Positions 12,933-25,082 of a stretch of DNA of 64,000 nucleotides are shown here, one piece after another. The stretch's first letter is position 1. Each line of letters starts with the position of its first letter. Origin of the DNA: an uncultured Chloroflexia bacterium. GTDB taxonomy: Bacteria; Chloroflexota; Limnocylindria; Limnocylindrales; CSP1-4. Location: contig CAWHSS010000003.1 in the NCBI GenBank assembly GCA_963832105.1, positions 813,615 through 877,614 on the forward strand, given 5' to 3'. Under the pieces are notes generated by a model, which was given only the letters and a program-made list of their open reading frames with translations, was not told the origin of the DNA and did no database searches. Both the position numbers and the translations under genes were made by a program.

Positions 12933-13955
12933 ATGCCTCGCTTCAACTATGGCGGCCAGGCGCTGATCGAAGGCGTCCTGATGCGTGGCCGCGACGCGAT
13001 CGCGGTGGCCCTGCGACACCCCGACGGACGAATCCTCTACGCCACGGAGCGCCTCGATTCCGGCGTCCACGGAACGCGCGGCTCCAAGCTGCCGTTCCTG
13101 CGCGGATTGGTCGTGCTGTACGAGACGCTGATCGTCGGTACCCGCTGGCTCGTCCGCAGCGCCAGCGTCCAGGCGGAGGAGGACGGCGTCGAGCTCGGCA
13201 AGGGTTCGATCGCGCTCATGCTCCTGATCACGCTGTTCGCGGGCATCGGGATCTTCTTCCTGCTGCCGCTCTTCATCGCAAGCGTCACCACGGCAAACGT
13301 CGAGAACGGCGTCGTGCAGCACCTCGTCGAGGGCCTCATCCGGGTCGCGATCTTCCTCGGCTACCTCGTGCTGATCGGCCAGTCGTCCGACATCCGGCGG
13401 GTCTTCCAGTACCACGGCGCCGAGCACATGACGATCCACGCCCTCGAGGCCGGCGATCCGCTCACGCCATCGGCGATCCGCAAGTACCCGACGGCCCATC
13501 CCCGCTGCGGGACGGAGTTCATCGTCGTCGTCATCGCCCTGTCGATCATCGCCTTCAGCCTCGTCGGGCGGCAGGAGCCGCTGGTGATGATCGGCAGCCG
13601 GATTCTCCTGATCCCGGTGATCGCGGCGATCGGCTACGAGATCCTCCGCTGGGGTGCCCGCCACCGCGGCAACCCGATCGTTCGGGCGATCATGTGGCCG
13701 GGGATTCTCGTCCAGATGATCACGACCCGCCAGCCGACCGACGACATGATCGAAGTGGCGATCGTGTCGATGGAGCAGGCCCTCGAAGCCGACGGCGAGC
13801 CGCTGCCCGACGGGAGCGGCACGCTCGAGCGGTACCCGTTGCCGCCGCCCGGCGCAGCCGGCGCAGGAGCAGGCGCCGGCGCGGGGACCTTGACAGGCCA
13901 GGAAGCGGAGACGGTCGCCCCCGTCACGATCGACCCGCCGCTCCCCGGGGTGTGA
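12933..13955 (+). CDS. DUF1385 family membrane protein (HPRCGT motif)
   Basis: YGGQALIEGVLMRG, FQYHGAEH, HPRCGTEF; usual position upstream of prfA. Confidence 0.88.
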   Translation: MPRFNYGGQALIEGVLMRGRDAIAVALRHPDGRILYATERLDSGVHGTRGSKLPFLRGLVVLYETLIVGTRWLVRSASVQAEEDGVELGKGSIALMLLITLFAGIGIFFLLPLFIASVTTANVENGVVQHLVEGLIRVAIFLGYLVLIGQSSDIRRVFQYHGAEHMTIHALEAGDPLTPSAIRKYPTAHPRCGTEFIVVVIALSIIAFSLVGRQEPLVMIGSRILLIPVIAAIGYEILRWGARHRGNPIVRAIMWPGILVQMITTRQPTDDMIEVAIVSMEQALEADGEPLPDGSGTLERYPLPPPGAAGAGAGAGAGTLTGQEAETVAPVTIDPPLPGV

Positions 13956-13963
13956 GCGTCGCG

Positions 13964-15070
13964 ATGGCCGCGACAGACCTCGACAATCGGCTCGCCGACG
14001 TCGCCCGCCAGTACGACGACCTCCAGACGGAACTGGCCCTCCCCGAGAACAGCTCCGACCCGGACTCGATCAAGCGGCTCGGCAAGGAGATGGCTCGCCT
14101 CGAGCCGGTCGTCGCCGCGTTCCGTCGCCTCGAGGCGACCCGGGCGGAGCTGGCCGGTGCCCGCGAGCTGCGCGACAGCAGCGACGGCGACGCCGAGCTG
14201 CGGTCGATGGCCGAGGACGAGATGACCCGCCTGGGCTCGGACGAGGCGCGGCTCATCGATGAGCTGAAGTTCCTCCTCCTGCCGCGCGACCCGAACGACG
14301 ACCGCGACGTGATCATGGAGATCCGGGCCGGCGCCGGCGGCGACGAGGCCGCCCTGTTCGCCGCGGAGCTCTACCGGATGTACGTCCGCTACGCCGAGCG
14401 GCACAAGTACAAGCCGGAATTGCTGAGCCTCAACGAGACGGGCATCGGCGGGGTCAAGGAGGCGATCCTCCAGATCCACGGCGACGGGGCGTACAGCCGC
14501 TTCAAGTTCGAGGGCGGCGTCCACCGCGTCCAGCGAATCCCGGCGACGGAGTCCTCCGGCCGGATCCACACCTCGACGGTGACCGTCGTCGTCATGCCCC
14601 AGGTCGACGAGGTCGAGATCGAGATCGACGAGGACAAGGACCTCCGGATCGACGTCAAGCGCTCCTCGGGGCCAGGCGGCCAGTCGGTCAACACGACCGA
14701 CTCGGCGGTTCGCATCACCCACCTGCCGACGGGCCTGGTCGTCGAGATCCAGGACGAGAAGAGCCAGCACAAGAACAAGGCCAAGGCGATGGCCGTGCTG
14801 CGGTCACGGCTGTACGACCGCCAGCAGGCGCAGCAGCGGGAGGCCGATTCCGTCGCCCGGCGCTCGATGGTCGGCGCCGGCGACCGATCCGACAAGATCC
14901 GGACCTACAACTTCCCCCAGGACCGGCTCACCGACCACCGGATCGGGATGGACCTGTCGGCCCTGCCCAGGGTCATGGACGGCGAGATCGATCGGCTGAT
15001 CGACGCGCTCATCATGGCCGACCAGGCCGAGCGGCTGGCGACGCTGACCGGAGGCGACGATGACGCATGA
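13964..15070 (+). CDS. prfA: Peptide chain release factor 1
   Basis: EIRAGAGGDEAALFA, RVQRIPATE (PxT), SSGPGGQSVN (GGQ), IRTYNFPQ. Confidence 0.97.
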   Translation: MAATDLDNRLADVARQYDDLQTELALPENSSDPDSIKRLGKEMARLEPVVAAFRRLEATRAELAGARELRDSSDGDAELRSMAEDEMTRLGSDEARLIDELKFLLLPRDPNDDRDVIMEIRAGAGGDEAALFAAELYRMYVRYAERHKYKPELLSLNETGIGGVKEAILQIHGDGAYSRFKFEGGVHRVQRIPATESSGRIHTSTVTVVVMPQVDEVEIEIDEDKDLRIDVKRSSGPGGQSVNTTDSAVRITHLPTGLVVEIQDEKSQHKNKAKAMAVLRSRLYDRQQAQQREADSVARRSMVGAGDRSDKIRTYNFPQDRLTDHRIGMDLSALPRVMDGEIDRLIDALIMADQAERLATLTGGDDDA

Positions 15071-17442
15071 GACGAAGGCGGCACGGGCCGCCAGCAAAGC
15101 GGCGCGAGCGGCGACGGACGACGGCGTGAACGGCGCCGGAAAGGTCGGGAAGGCCGGTGCGGTCGCGAGCGCCGACGGTGTGCTGATCATCGAGCCGCGC
15201 CTCATCCCGATCGTCAAGGCGACCGACCTCGGCAGCGTCCAGGTCCTCAAGCACGGCAACCTGTTCCTGCTCACGGACCAGTTCGGCGACATCCACTCCG
15301 ACTCGCGCGGGCTGGGGCTCTACCGCGACGACACGCGGCTCCTGTCCTGTTCCGTGCTGCGCGTCGGGGGCGAGCGGCCGGTCGTCCTCCAGGGCTCGAC
15401 CGGGGCGAATTACCGCGGCGTCATCCAGCTGACGAACCCGACCCTCGATCGCAACCCGAACGACAAGATCCGGCCGGGCAAGAGCCTGCTGGGCCGGAAG
15501 CTGGGCATCACCCGGGAGCGCCTGATCAACGGCGACGCGCTCGAGGAGCGGGTCCACATCGTCAACTTCGCCGAGCACGACGAAGAGGTCGAGATCTTCA
15601 TCGAGCTGGCCGACGACGCGGCCGACATCTTCGAGGTCCGGGGCTTCCCGCGGGACCGCGGAACGCTCCTGCCGATCGTCGCCACGCCGTCGCAGGTCGC
15701 GTTCCGCTACGACGGGCTCGACGGCCGCCGGCGCCGGACCCATCTCGCGTTCTCGGAGGCGGCGGGCGCCGTCGAGACGGTCAAGCCGAGTGACATACCC
15801 GTCCTGGGCGGGAGCGTCAGGTACCGCTGGTCGTGGGAGCTGGCCGCCGGCGCCGAGCACGAGCTGTCGTGGGTCGTCTGGTCGTCGGAGGTCCCGACGC
15901 CCGCGGCTCCGCCGACTGCCTCGCCGTCGCCGGCCGTGTCCGCGGCGGAGCTTCGCGATCTCTTCCCGGACCCGCCCCGGATCGCGACCGACGAGGGCGC
16001 GGCGGCCTACCACGCCTGGGCGCGGAGCACGACCGCGGTCGCGACCGATCACGAGCTGTTCAATCTCACGATCGGCCGGAGCGTCGCCGACCTGCGGCTT
16101 CTCGTGAACGACGGGCCGGGCGAGGGCCAGCGCTACGTTTCGGCCGGCGTGCCGTGGTTCACGACGCTCTTCGGGCGAGACTCGATCATCACGGCACTCC
16201 AGACGCTCGCGTTCCGGCCGCAGCTGGCTGTCGAGACCCTCGAGGTGCTCGCCTCCCTCCAGGCGACCGAGGTGGACGACTGGCGCGACGCCGAACCCGG
16301 CAAGATCCTCCACGAGCTGCGGGTCGGTGAGACGGCACGGGCGGGCGAGCTGCCCCACTCGCCGTACTACGGCAGCATCGACTCGACACCGCTCTGGCTC
16401 GTCCTCCTGGGCGCGACCTACGAGTGGACCGGCGACCGGGCGATGGTCGACCGGCTCTGGCCGAACGCGCTGGCGGCGCTGCGCTGGATCGACGAATGGG
16501 GCGATCGCGACGGCGACGGCTTCGTCGAGTACGAGCGACGGTCGCCGCGGGGCCTGCTCAACCAGGGCTGGAAGGACTCCGGCGACGCGATCCGCGACCG
16601 GACCGGCCGCGAGGCGAAGGCCCCGATCGCCCTGGCCGAGGTCCAGGGCTACGTCTTCGACGCCAAGACGCGGATGGCGGCGCTCGCCCGGATGCGGGGC
16701 GAAACCGACCTCGCCGACCGGCTCGGTCGAGGACGCCGAGACCCTGCGGGCCCGGTTCGAGGAAGCATTCTGGGTCGAGGACCAGCGGTTCTACGCGATG
16801 GCCCTCGACGCCGACAAGAACCAGGCCGACGCCATCGGGTCGAATGCCGGCCAGTGCCTGTGGAGCGGGATCGTCTCGCCGGCCGCGCTCGCGACGTCGC
16901 CGACAGGCTGCTCAGCCCGGCGATGTTCTCCGGCTGGGGGATCCGGACCTACGCCCAGGGCCAGCCGGGGTTCAACCCGTTCGGCTATCACACGGGCACG
17001 GTCTGGCCCCACGACACGTCGCTTGCAGCCGCCGGGCTGAAGCGCTACGGCTTCCAGGACGAGGCGAACCGGCTCGTCGGCCAGGTGTTCGAGGCGGCCC
17101 AGCATTTCGGCGAGTTCCGGCTGCCGGAGCTGTTCTGCGGGTTCGATCGCGAGAAGGCCCCGATGCCGGTGCCGTATCCGGTCGCGTGCTCGCCGCAGGC
17201 ATGGTCCGCGGGCGCCGCGTTCATGTTCCTCCAGACGATGCTCGGGCTGCGCGGGCACGCCGAGACGAACGAGCTCGAGCTTCTGCGACCGAACCTGCCC
17301 GGACTGGCTCGGCAAGGTGACCGTCACGAACCTCCGGATCGGCGAGGCGTCGGTCGACCTCCTCTTCCATCGTTGGCGCGGAACGACGAGCGCCGAGGTC
17401 CTGCGCAAGGTCGGCGACCTGTCCGTGACGATCAGGCTCTGA
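15060..17442 (+). CDS. Amylo-alpha-1,6-glucosidase / glycogen debranching family protein (about 3 apparent frameshifts)
   Basis: GLYRDDTRLLS N-domain; AGVPWFTTLFGRDS, EPGKILHELR, YYGSIDSTPL, NQGWKDSGD, YHTGTVWPHD, RLPELFCG, ACSPQAWSAGA. Confidence 0.9.
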
Positions 17443-17450
17443 GCCTGGCC

Positions 17451-18368
17451 GTGGCGACCGTCGGGGAGCTCTTGTCGGCCGCGGTCGCGCGCCTCCGCGA
17501 GGCCGGGTCCGAGTCCGCCGCGGCTCGACGCCGAGGTCCTGCTGGCCCACGCGATCGGGGCGGAGCGGACGATCCTCCTCGCCCACCCGGAGCTCCCCGT
17601 CGGGGACGAGGCTGCGGCGCGCTTCGAGGACGCCCTGGCTCGGCGGTCGGCTGGTGAGCCGGTTGCGTACATCCGCGGGATCAAGGAGTTCTTCGGGCTC
17701 GCGTTTGCGGCCGATAGCCGGGCCCTCATTCCGCGTCCGGAGACGGAGCGCCTCGTCGAGGCGGGCCGGAGTACGGTGATGACCCGGCTCGGCGCGCCCG
17801 GACGCGGCCGCGACCCGGCGCCGGTTCGCATCGTCGACGTGGGCACTGGCAGCGGCGCGATCATCGTCGCGCTCGCCGTGGAGCTGCGGCGCCGGAAGGT
17901 CGACCTCGCGACGGACGTGACGCTCGTGGCGACCGACGCCTCGTCGGACGCGCTCGGGCTCGCCCGTGAGAATGCCGTCGGCCACGCCGTCGCCGACGTC
18001 ATCGAGTTCGTCGAGGCCGACCTGCTGCCGCCGGCGCCCGATCATGGCGGCCCCATCGACGTCGTCCTTGCGAACCTGCCGTACGTCAGGAGCGACGCGA
18101 TTGGCGGGTTGCCCGTCGCCGCCTCGTTCGAACCCGTGATCGCGCTCGACGGCGGCCCGGACGGCCTCGATGTCGCGCGGCGCCTCCTCGGCCTGCTGCC
18201 GGCGCGCCCTCGCCGACGACGGTGTCGCGTTGCTCGAGATCGGGGCGGACCAGGGTTCGGCAGCTCCGGCGGCCGTCGAGGAGATCTTGCCCGGGTGGAC
18301 GGCTCGATCGAACCCGACCTGGCGGGGCTCCCGCGGGTCCTGCGCGTGACGCGCGGGGACGCCGATGA
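17451..18368 (+). CDS. prmC: Release factor glutamine methyltransferase PrmC/HemK (several apparent frameshifts)
   Basis: RRSAGEPVAYIRG.KEF, LIPRPETE, DVGTGSGAI, ANLPY (NPPY-like), ALDGGPDGLD. Confidence 0.9.
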
Positions 18369-19325
18369 CCGCCCGGTCGATGACGGCCCGGCGCGCGCGC
18401 ACGCCGCCGCCCGGGGACGCGGGCCCGGCGTTTCCGATCGGGCTCATCGCGCTCGACCTCGACGGAACGCTCGTCGGCGACGATCTCCTGCTTCGTGAGC
18501 GGACGAAGGCGGCGATCCGGAGGCGCGATCGAGCGCGGGGTCGCGGTGTCGATCGTCACGGGCCGGATGGCGACGAGCGCCCTGCGCTTTGCCCGGGAGC
18601 TCGGCATCCGCGACCCGATCGTCGGCTACCAGGGCGCGCTGATCCGGGCGATCCCGGAGCCCGGCGACGATCGCCTCGGTCGCCTGCTGCTCCATCGGCC
18701 GCTCGCCGCGGCGGCGACGCGCGAAGCGATCGAGTGGACCCGCTCGATCGGCCTCGACCCGCACGTCAATCACCTCGAGCGGTTCGTCATCCGCGCCGAC
18801 GACCCGCGCGCCGAGGACTACTCGTCGTTCCTCGGCGGCCGGGCGGTCGTCGTCGACGATCTCATCGCCTGGGTCGACCGGCCGGTCTCGAAGGTCATCG
18901 CCGTCGCCGAGGAGCCGATGGACCACGCGGTCCTCGACGTCGCGCGCGAGCGCTTCGCCGGGCGGGCCGAGGTCACGATCAGCCATCCGCGCTTCCTCGA
19001 GTTCCTCCGGCCCGGCGTCTCGAAGGGCGCGGCAGTCCGCTGGCTTGCCCGGCGGGCGGGAGTGCCGCTGGCGAACGTGCTGGCGATCGGCGACCAGTTC
19101 AACGACCTCGAGATGATCGCGGCCGCGGGTCACGGCGCGGCCATGCCCCACGCGCCACTGCCGGTTCGCGCGGCGGCGCGCTACATCGCTCCGCCGCTCG
19201 CCGACGAGGGTGTCGCCGAGCTCATCGAGCGTCTCGTCCTGGCCGGACCGGATGTCGCGGCGCGTTCCTCGGCGCGCCTGGCAGCCGAGGCACGAGCTGC
19301 GGCCGACCTCGCCGCGACCGCGTGA
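18365..19325 (+). CDS. Cof-type HAD hydrolase (frameshift near 18525)
   Basis: [31 protein letters not shown]...GAAM. Confidence 0.9.
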
Positions 19326-20071
19326 CCGCGCCGCCGCGAATCGTCCCGGACGACGACGCCGGCCGGGCCGAGGCGATCCAGGTCCTGAAGGCGGGCGGGA
19401 TCGTTGCCCTGCCGACCGACACCGTCTACGGCCTCGCGGTGGACCTCGCCGCGCCCGGCGGAATCGAACGACTCTTCGCCGCCAAGCGGCGGCCGACCGA
19501 CCGGGCCGTCATGCTGCTGCTGGCCGACGCCGAACAGGCCGGCGGACTCGTCCTGTGGACGCCGTCCGCGGCCGCCCTGTCGGCGGCGTTCTGGCCGGGT
19601 GGCCTGACGATCGTCGTCGCCCAGCGCCCGGATGCCGCGCTGCCGCCGGAGCTCACCGGTGGTCGTTCCGACCGTCGGGCTTCGGCTTCCGGACCACGCC
19701 GTCGCCGCGCGCGCTGGCGGCGTCACTCGGCCCGCTGCCCGTCACCTCCGCCAACGTGTCCGGGCTGCCCGAGGCGTCCGACGCCGTCGAGATCCGCGAC
19801 CAGCTCGGCGATGCGGTCGATCTGATCCTCGATGGGGGACCGTGCCCGGGGCGGGCCGCCTTCGACCGTCGTCGACTGCTCCGGGCCCACGCCGCGGATC
19901 CTGCGCGACGGCGCGATCGTGGCGGACGCGATCCGGCGCCACCCTCGCGCAGCGGGCCTCGCCGGCGACCCGAGCCGGGAGCCGATACCGGCTCGCCGGC
20001 CCGTCGGCGCCCGCGTTCGTGGGAAGATAGCGGCCGACGAGAGGGCGTCCAGACGAGGAGGCGAGCGATGA
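19322..20071 (+). CDS. tsaC: L-threonylcarbamoyladenylate synthase (YrdC/Sua5 domain); frameshifted, end uncertain
   Basis: [44 protein letters not shown]. Confidence 0.85.
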
Positions 20072-21426
20072 CGCATCTCCGAGCGCGCGGGCCTCGGCAG
20101 CGCGCCGATCTCGGCGGTCGACCCGGAGCTCTGGGAGGCGATGCTGGGCGAGCGCGCCGCCAGCACGACAAGATCGAGCTGATCGCGAGCGAGAACTACA
20201 CGTCCGCCGCCGTGATGGAGGCCCAGGGCAGCTGGCTGACGAACAAGTACGCCGAGGGACTGCCCGGCAAGCGCTACTACGGCGGCTGCGAGTACGTCGA
20301 CATCGCCGAGACGCTGGCCCAGGAGCGAGCGCTGGCGCTGTTCCCGGGCGCCGAGCACGTCAACGTCCAGCCGCACTCCGGCGCCCAGGCGAACATGGCC
20401 GCCTACTTCAGCGTCCTCGAGCCCGGCGACCCGATCCTCGGGATGAAGCTCGACCAGGGCGGCCACCTGACCCACGGCATGAAGCTCAACTTCAGCGGCA
20501 AGCTGTACGACGTCCACGCCTACGGCGTCCGCGAGGACACGGAGCGGATCGACTACGACGCCCTGGCCGCCCAGGCCGCCGAGGTCCGCCCGAAGCTCAT
20601 CGTCGCCGGGGCCTCGGCGTATCCGCGGATCATCGACTTCGAGCGGATGGCGGCGATCGCCCACGGCGTCGGCGCGCTGCTGTTCGTCGACATGGCCCAC
20701 ATCGCCGGGCTCGTCGCGGCCGGCGTCCACCCGTCGCCGTTCCCCCACGCCGACATCGTCACGACCACGACCCACAAGACCCTCCGCGGGCCGCGCGGCG
20801 GCCTGATCTTCAGCCGCACCGACCTGCCGGCGGCGGTCGACGCGGCGCGATTCCCGACGGTCAAGGGCACGCTCGGCGGCGGCGGTCGACAAGACCGTCT
20901 TCCCGGGCGTCCAGGGCGGCCCGCTCATGCACGTGATCGCCGGCAAGGCGGTCGCCTTCAAGCTCGCCCTCGGCGAGGAGTTCCGGCGCGACCAGCGGCG
21001 GACCGTCGAGAACGCCGCGATCCTCGCCGAGACGCTCAGCGGCGCGCGGCGCCCGGCTCGTCTCGGGCGGCACGGACAACCACCTGATGCTCGTCGACGT
21101 GATGTCGCTCGGCGTGACCGGCAAGGAGGCCGAGCATCTCCTCGACGAGATCGGGATCACCGTCAACAAGAACCAGATCCCGTTCGACGGCCAGCCGGCG
21201 AACACCTCGTCGGGGATCCGCGTCGGGACGCCGGCCGTCACGTCGCGGGGCATGGGCACCGACGAGATGCGCGAGATCGGCCGCCTGATCATCGAGGCGA
21301 TCGAGCGCCGCGACGACGCGGCCGAGCAGGCCCGCCTGGCCGATCGCGTCGCGCGAGATCTGCGCCCGATTCCCGGTTCCGGGCCTGGCCGGCCCGCCGA
21401 TCCCGACGGGGCTGCCGGCGGCGTGA
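20068..21426 (+). CDS. glyA: Serine hydroxymethyltransferase (multiple apparent frameshifts)
   Basis: [51 protein letters not shown] (PLP Lys), [14 protein letters not shown]. Confidence 0.95.
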
Positions 21427-22551
21427 GGCTCAGCCCCTTCGCCGGTCAGGCGCTGCCGTACATTCTGGCGCGCCTTCGTCGCGGCGGCGGTTCTCGCGTT
21501 CGTCCTCACGCCGCTCGTCCGGCGGATCGCCCTGCGCGTCGACGCCGTCGACCATCCGGACCACCGACGCGTCAACGTCGTCCCGATCCCGCGCGGCGGC
21601 GGCGTCGCGGTCGCGATCGCCTTCATCCTCGTCGGCCACGGCCGTCGGCCTCGCGAACGGCGACTCGCACTTCCTGCCCGTCCCGCGCGCCGTCGATCCG
21701 GCCAGCGTCGTCGCCCTGCTGCTCGGCGGGGCACTCGCGGCCGCGTTCGGCGTCCTCGACGACTACTTCGACCTGCGGGCGCGGTGGCAGTTCGCCGGTC
21801 AGCTCGGACTCGCGCTGTTCGCGGTCGGCATGGGCATCCTCGTCGAGCTCGTCAACAACCCGTTCGGTCCGGGCGTGATCCGGCTCGACGGCCCGTTCGC
21901 CGCTCGGGTTCACGGTCGTCTGGATCGCGGGCATGATCAACAGCATCAACTTCATCGACGGCCTCGACGGACTGTCGTCCGGGGTCGCGCTGATCGCCGC
22001 GGCGACGCTCGGGATGATCAGCCTGACCGCGCAGGTCAACCAGCCGTTCATCGCGGTGCTGTGCTTCGCCCTGGCCGGGGCCCTGCTCGGGTTCCTGCGC
22101 TGGAACTTCCATCCGGCCACGGTGTTCGTCGGGACCAGCGGGGTGATGTTCATCGGCTACACGCTCGCCGTCCTGTCGATCCTCGGCTCGGCGAAGGTGG
22201 CGGTCGCACTGCTCGTCCTGGGCGTGCCGATCATCGACGCGTTCTGGATCATCGTCCGCCGGATCTCCCAGCGCCGTTCGCCGTTCTCGCCCGACCGCGG
22301 CCACCTCCACCACCGGCTGCTCGACGTCGGCCTGTCGCACCGCCAGACGGTGCTGCTGATCTACGGGATCTGCATCGGCCTCGGGGCGCTGTCGCTCGCT
22401 CCTGTCGGGCGCCGGCCAGGTCTACGCGTTCCTCGGCGTGTTCGTCCTCATCGGTCTTGCGCTCTTCGGCCTCGCCCGCATCGATCTTGGTGGCCGGAAC
22501 GGGGGAATCGAGGCCGAATCGCCGATGACCGAGGCGTCGCCCCGGCGGTAG
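21423..22551 (+). CDS. WecA/TagO-like polyprenyl-phosphate GlcNAc-1-phosphate transferase (GT4/MraY family; frameshifted)
   Basis: [62 protein letters not shown]. Confidence 0.88.
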
Positions 22552-22592
22552 GGTCCGTCCGGTGGGGTTAGTTCGGACCGGTCTAGGCCGGT

Positions 22593-22620
22593 TTGCTCGG
22601 GCACGAGCCGGTGCTAGCAT
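22593..22620 (+). promoter_or_regulatory. Promoter (TTGCTC-16-TAGCAT, with TG extension) upstream of the Pro/Thr-rich protein
   Basis: Motif spacing and position 43 nt upstream of the TTG start. Confidence 0.45.
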
Positions 22621-22663
22621 CCAAGGGGAGGTCGGGTCCACGGCCGCGACCACCTTGTGAGGT

Positions 22664-23595
22664 TTGGCGCTGACCGAGTACATCGTTTTCGCGTTCGTCG
22701 CGGTTGGCCTCGTCGCGATCACCGTCCGGTTCCTCCCGCGCGACGAGCACGGGGCGAGGCGCCTTCCACGGGTCATCGACGAGTCCATCGGCGTGGCCGC
22801 GATCCGCGCCGTTCTCCGCCGGCGCCCTCGAAGAAGCGCCCGCAGCGCAGCCGGGGCAGCCACGCTCGCGGGGCCTGAGCCATTCCCCGAGCCAAGCGCG
22901 GAGGAGATCGCCTACCGGATCGGCGCGGCCGAAGCGCCCGCCCCGACGATCCCCACCCGCCTGGTCGTCTCCAGGGGAGCGTTGCAGGCCCATCCGCCCG
23001 CAATCCTGGGTCTGCCGCCCACGACCCCCGTCCACGGCCAGGTCCCCAGCGAGCTGCAGCCGCAGTGCCCCAGCGACGCCTGCAGGCGCATCCCGCCAGC
23101 TCGCTCGGGCTCCAGCGTCGCATCGCCGGCGCTGTTGCGGCGTTCGCCGTGACGATCGCCTTCCTCGGGTTCGTGTTCGTGCCGCGCGGGATCGAGGGCG
23201 GCGTCCTGTCGGCGACGGGGCTGCCGTCGACCCCCGATCCCAACCTCTTAGCGAGCCCATCGAGCGAGGAACCCAGCAGCGCTCCGACCCGTCCACCTCG
23301 CCGGATCTCGCCTCGCCGAGCGCTCTCGGCTTCACGAGCCTGCCTGCGCCGACCCCCGCGGCAGCGGCTCCGACGCCGGCCGCGACGCGACGACCGACGC
23401 CGACGCCAGCCCGTACGGCCAAGCCCACCGCCAAGCCGCCAACCCCTGCGCCGACGCCACCACCGCCGCCTGCGCCGACGCCGACACCCACGCCGCTGCG
23501 AACTCCGACACCGTCGCCGCCGCCGACGCCGCCACCCACGCCCACGCCCACCCCAACGCCGACCCCCAACGCCGCCCCCAACGCCGCCTCTCTGA
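22664..23595 (+). CDS. Hypothetical membrane protein with Pro/Thr-rich C-terminal tail (frameshifted)
   Basis: Two hydrophobic segments (EYIVFAFVAVGLVAITV; IAGAVAAFAVTIAFLGFVFV) and a PTPTPTP tail spread over ORFs 22664-23152, 23065-23595 and 22704-23666. Confidence 0.6.
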
Positions 23596-23641
23596 CCCGT
23601 TCCCAGCGCAGTCCCGGCCACAGCGACCGCGAAGGCGCAGC

Positions 23642-23650
23642 TGCTATACT
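23642..23650 (+). promoter_or_regulatory. Extended -10 (TG-c-TATACT) for the atp operon
   Basis: Near-consensus element 23 nt upstream of the first atp gene. Confidence 0.55.
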
Positions 23651-23673
23651 CCCGGCGGTTCGCTAGGGGGCCT

Positions 23674-23895
23674 ATGAACGGGCTCGGACCGGTCGGCGCA
23701 TACATTGCGATCCTCTCCGAGGTAGGCCTCGTCCTCCTCATCACGATCCTGGCGGGAGTCCTCGCCGGTGTCTGGGTAGACTCGCAACTGAGGACCGGAC
23801 CGATCTTCCTCCTGGTGGGCCTCGGGCTCGGTCTGACGGCCGGTTTCGTCGGCTCGTACCGGCTCATGACACGGTTCCTGTCTCGGTACGACTGA
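23674..23895 (+). CDS. AtpZ/AtpI-family small ATP synthase protein
   Basis: 73 aa, two TM, G.LAG.WVD..L.T.PIFLLVGL.LG pattern; first gene of the atp operon. Confidence 0.8.
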   Translation: MNGLGPVGAYIAILSEVGLVLLITILAGVLAGVWVDSQLRTGPIFLLVGLGLGLTAGFVGSYRLMTRFLSRYD

Positions 23896-23967
23896 CCGGC
23901 GACGCGGACCGTTCGAGAAGGATCTTCCCTGCGCGCCAGTTCGGCGCGGAGGAGCACGGGAGTCAGC

Positions 23968-25024
23968 GTGACGATCGACGAGACGCGGGCGGAGGAGGAG
24001 CCGACGGGTGAGCCGTCGGAGGCCCCGGCCGACGCCCCCCGCAAGAGCTCGCGACTGCCGATCCTGGCGGTCATCGCCGCCGTCGTCATCATCGACATCC
24101 TGGCGTTCATCCTCGTCCCGCCACCGCCGGGCGAAAGCGGCGCCGGGAAGTACCCGACGGACGGGATTGCCGCGAACCTCGAGCTCGTGCCGCCGCACGT
24201 CATCTACGACCCGATCCACGGCGACGAGCCCGTTCCCGGAGCGCTCGTCTTCTTCGAGCCGACGATCACCTCGACGATCCTGACGTCATGGATCGTCATG
24301 GCCTTCATCCTGATCTTCGCCTTCGTGTTTACCCGTGGCCTGCAGGACATCCCGCGCCGCGGCCACAACTTCATCGAGTTCATCTACGAGAGCCTCTCGA
24401 ACTTCGCGTACTCGATCGGGGGCGACCAGGCGCGACGCTACGTGCCCCTGTTCGCGGCGCTCTTCCTGTTCATCCTGTTCTCGAACTGGAGCGGCCTGCT
24501 CCCGCTCGTCGGGAAGGTCGAGCTGCTGCGCGCGCCGACGAGCGATCTCAACATCACGATCGGCCTGGCGCTCGTCAGCTTCGTCACCTTCCACGTCGAA
24601 GGCGTCCGCAGCCTCGGCCTGCGCGGCTACCTCGCGAAGTTCTTCCCGCTCGGCGAGTTCCGCAAGGGAATCGGTGCCGGGCGTGCTGGGCCTGTTCGTC
24701 GGGACGCTCGAGTTCCTGCTCGAGTTCGTCAAGCCCGTCACACTGGCAATGCGACTCTTTGGCAACATCTACGGCGGGGAGGTCGCGCTGGGCGTCGTGA
24801 CGGCGCTGCTGATCTCGGTCTTCCCGATCGCCCTCGTCGGCCTGGAGTTCCTGCTGAACTTCGTCCAGGCCCTCATCTTCTCAACCCTGACCCTCATGTT
24901 TACGCTCATCGCCATCGAGGGTCACACGGAGGATCACGCCACCGAGCATCCGCTCGAGGAGATCCCGGAAGGCAACATTGGACCGCCCAGGTCGGCTGAG
25001 CCGCACGGCTCGCCGGCGACCTGA
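23968..25024 (+). CDS. atpB: ATP synthase F0 subunit a (frameshift near 24680)
   Basis: LFLFILFSNWSGLLP, RAPTSDLN, KPVTLAMRLFGNIYGGE, FVQALIFSTLT. Confidence 0.95.
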
Positions 25025-25082
25025 GCGACAGGACTGGTCAAACACCTCGACGTTCGATCGAGGCCAAGGAGGAAGGGTTCAT

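Noticed and set aside
23380-23590. Repetitive CCGACGCC tract as a CRISPR or VNTR array
   Set aside because: It is degenerate codon repetition of a Pro/Thr-rich tail, with no constant repeat-spacer structure and no cas genes.
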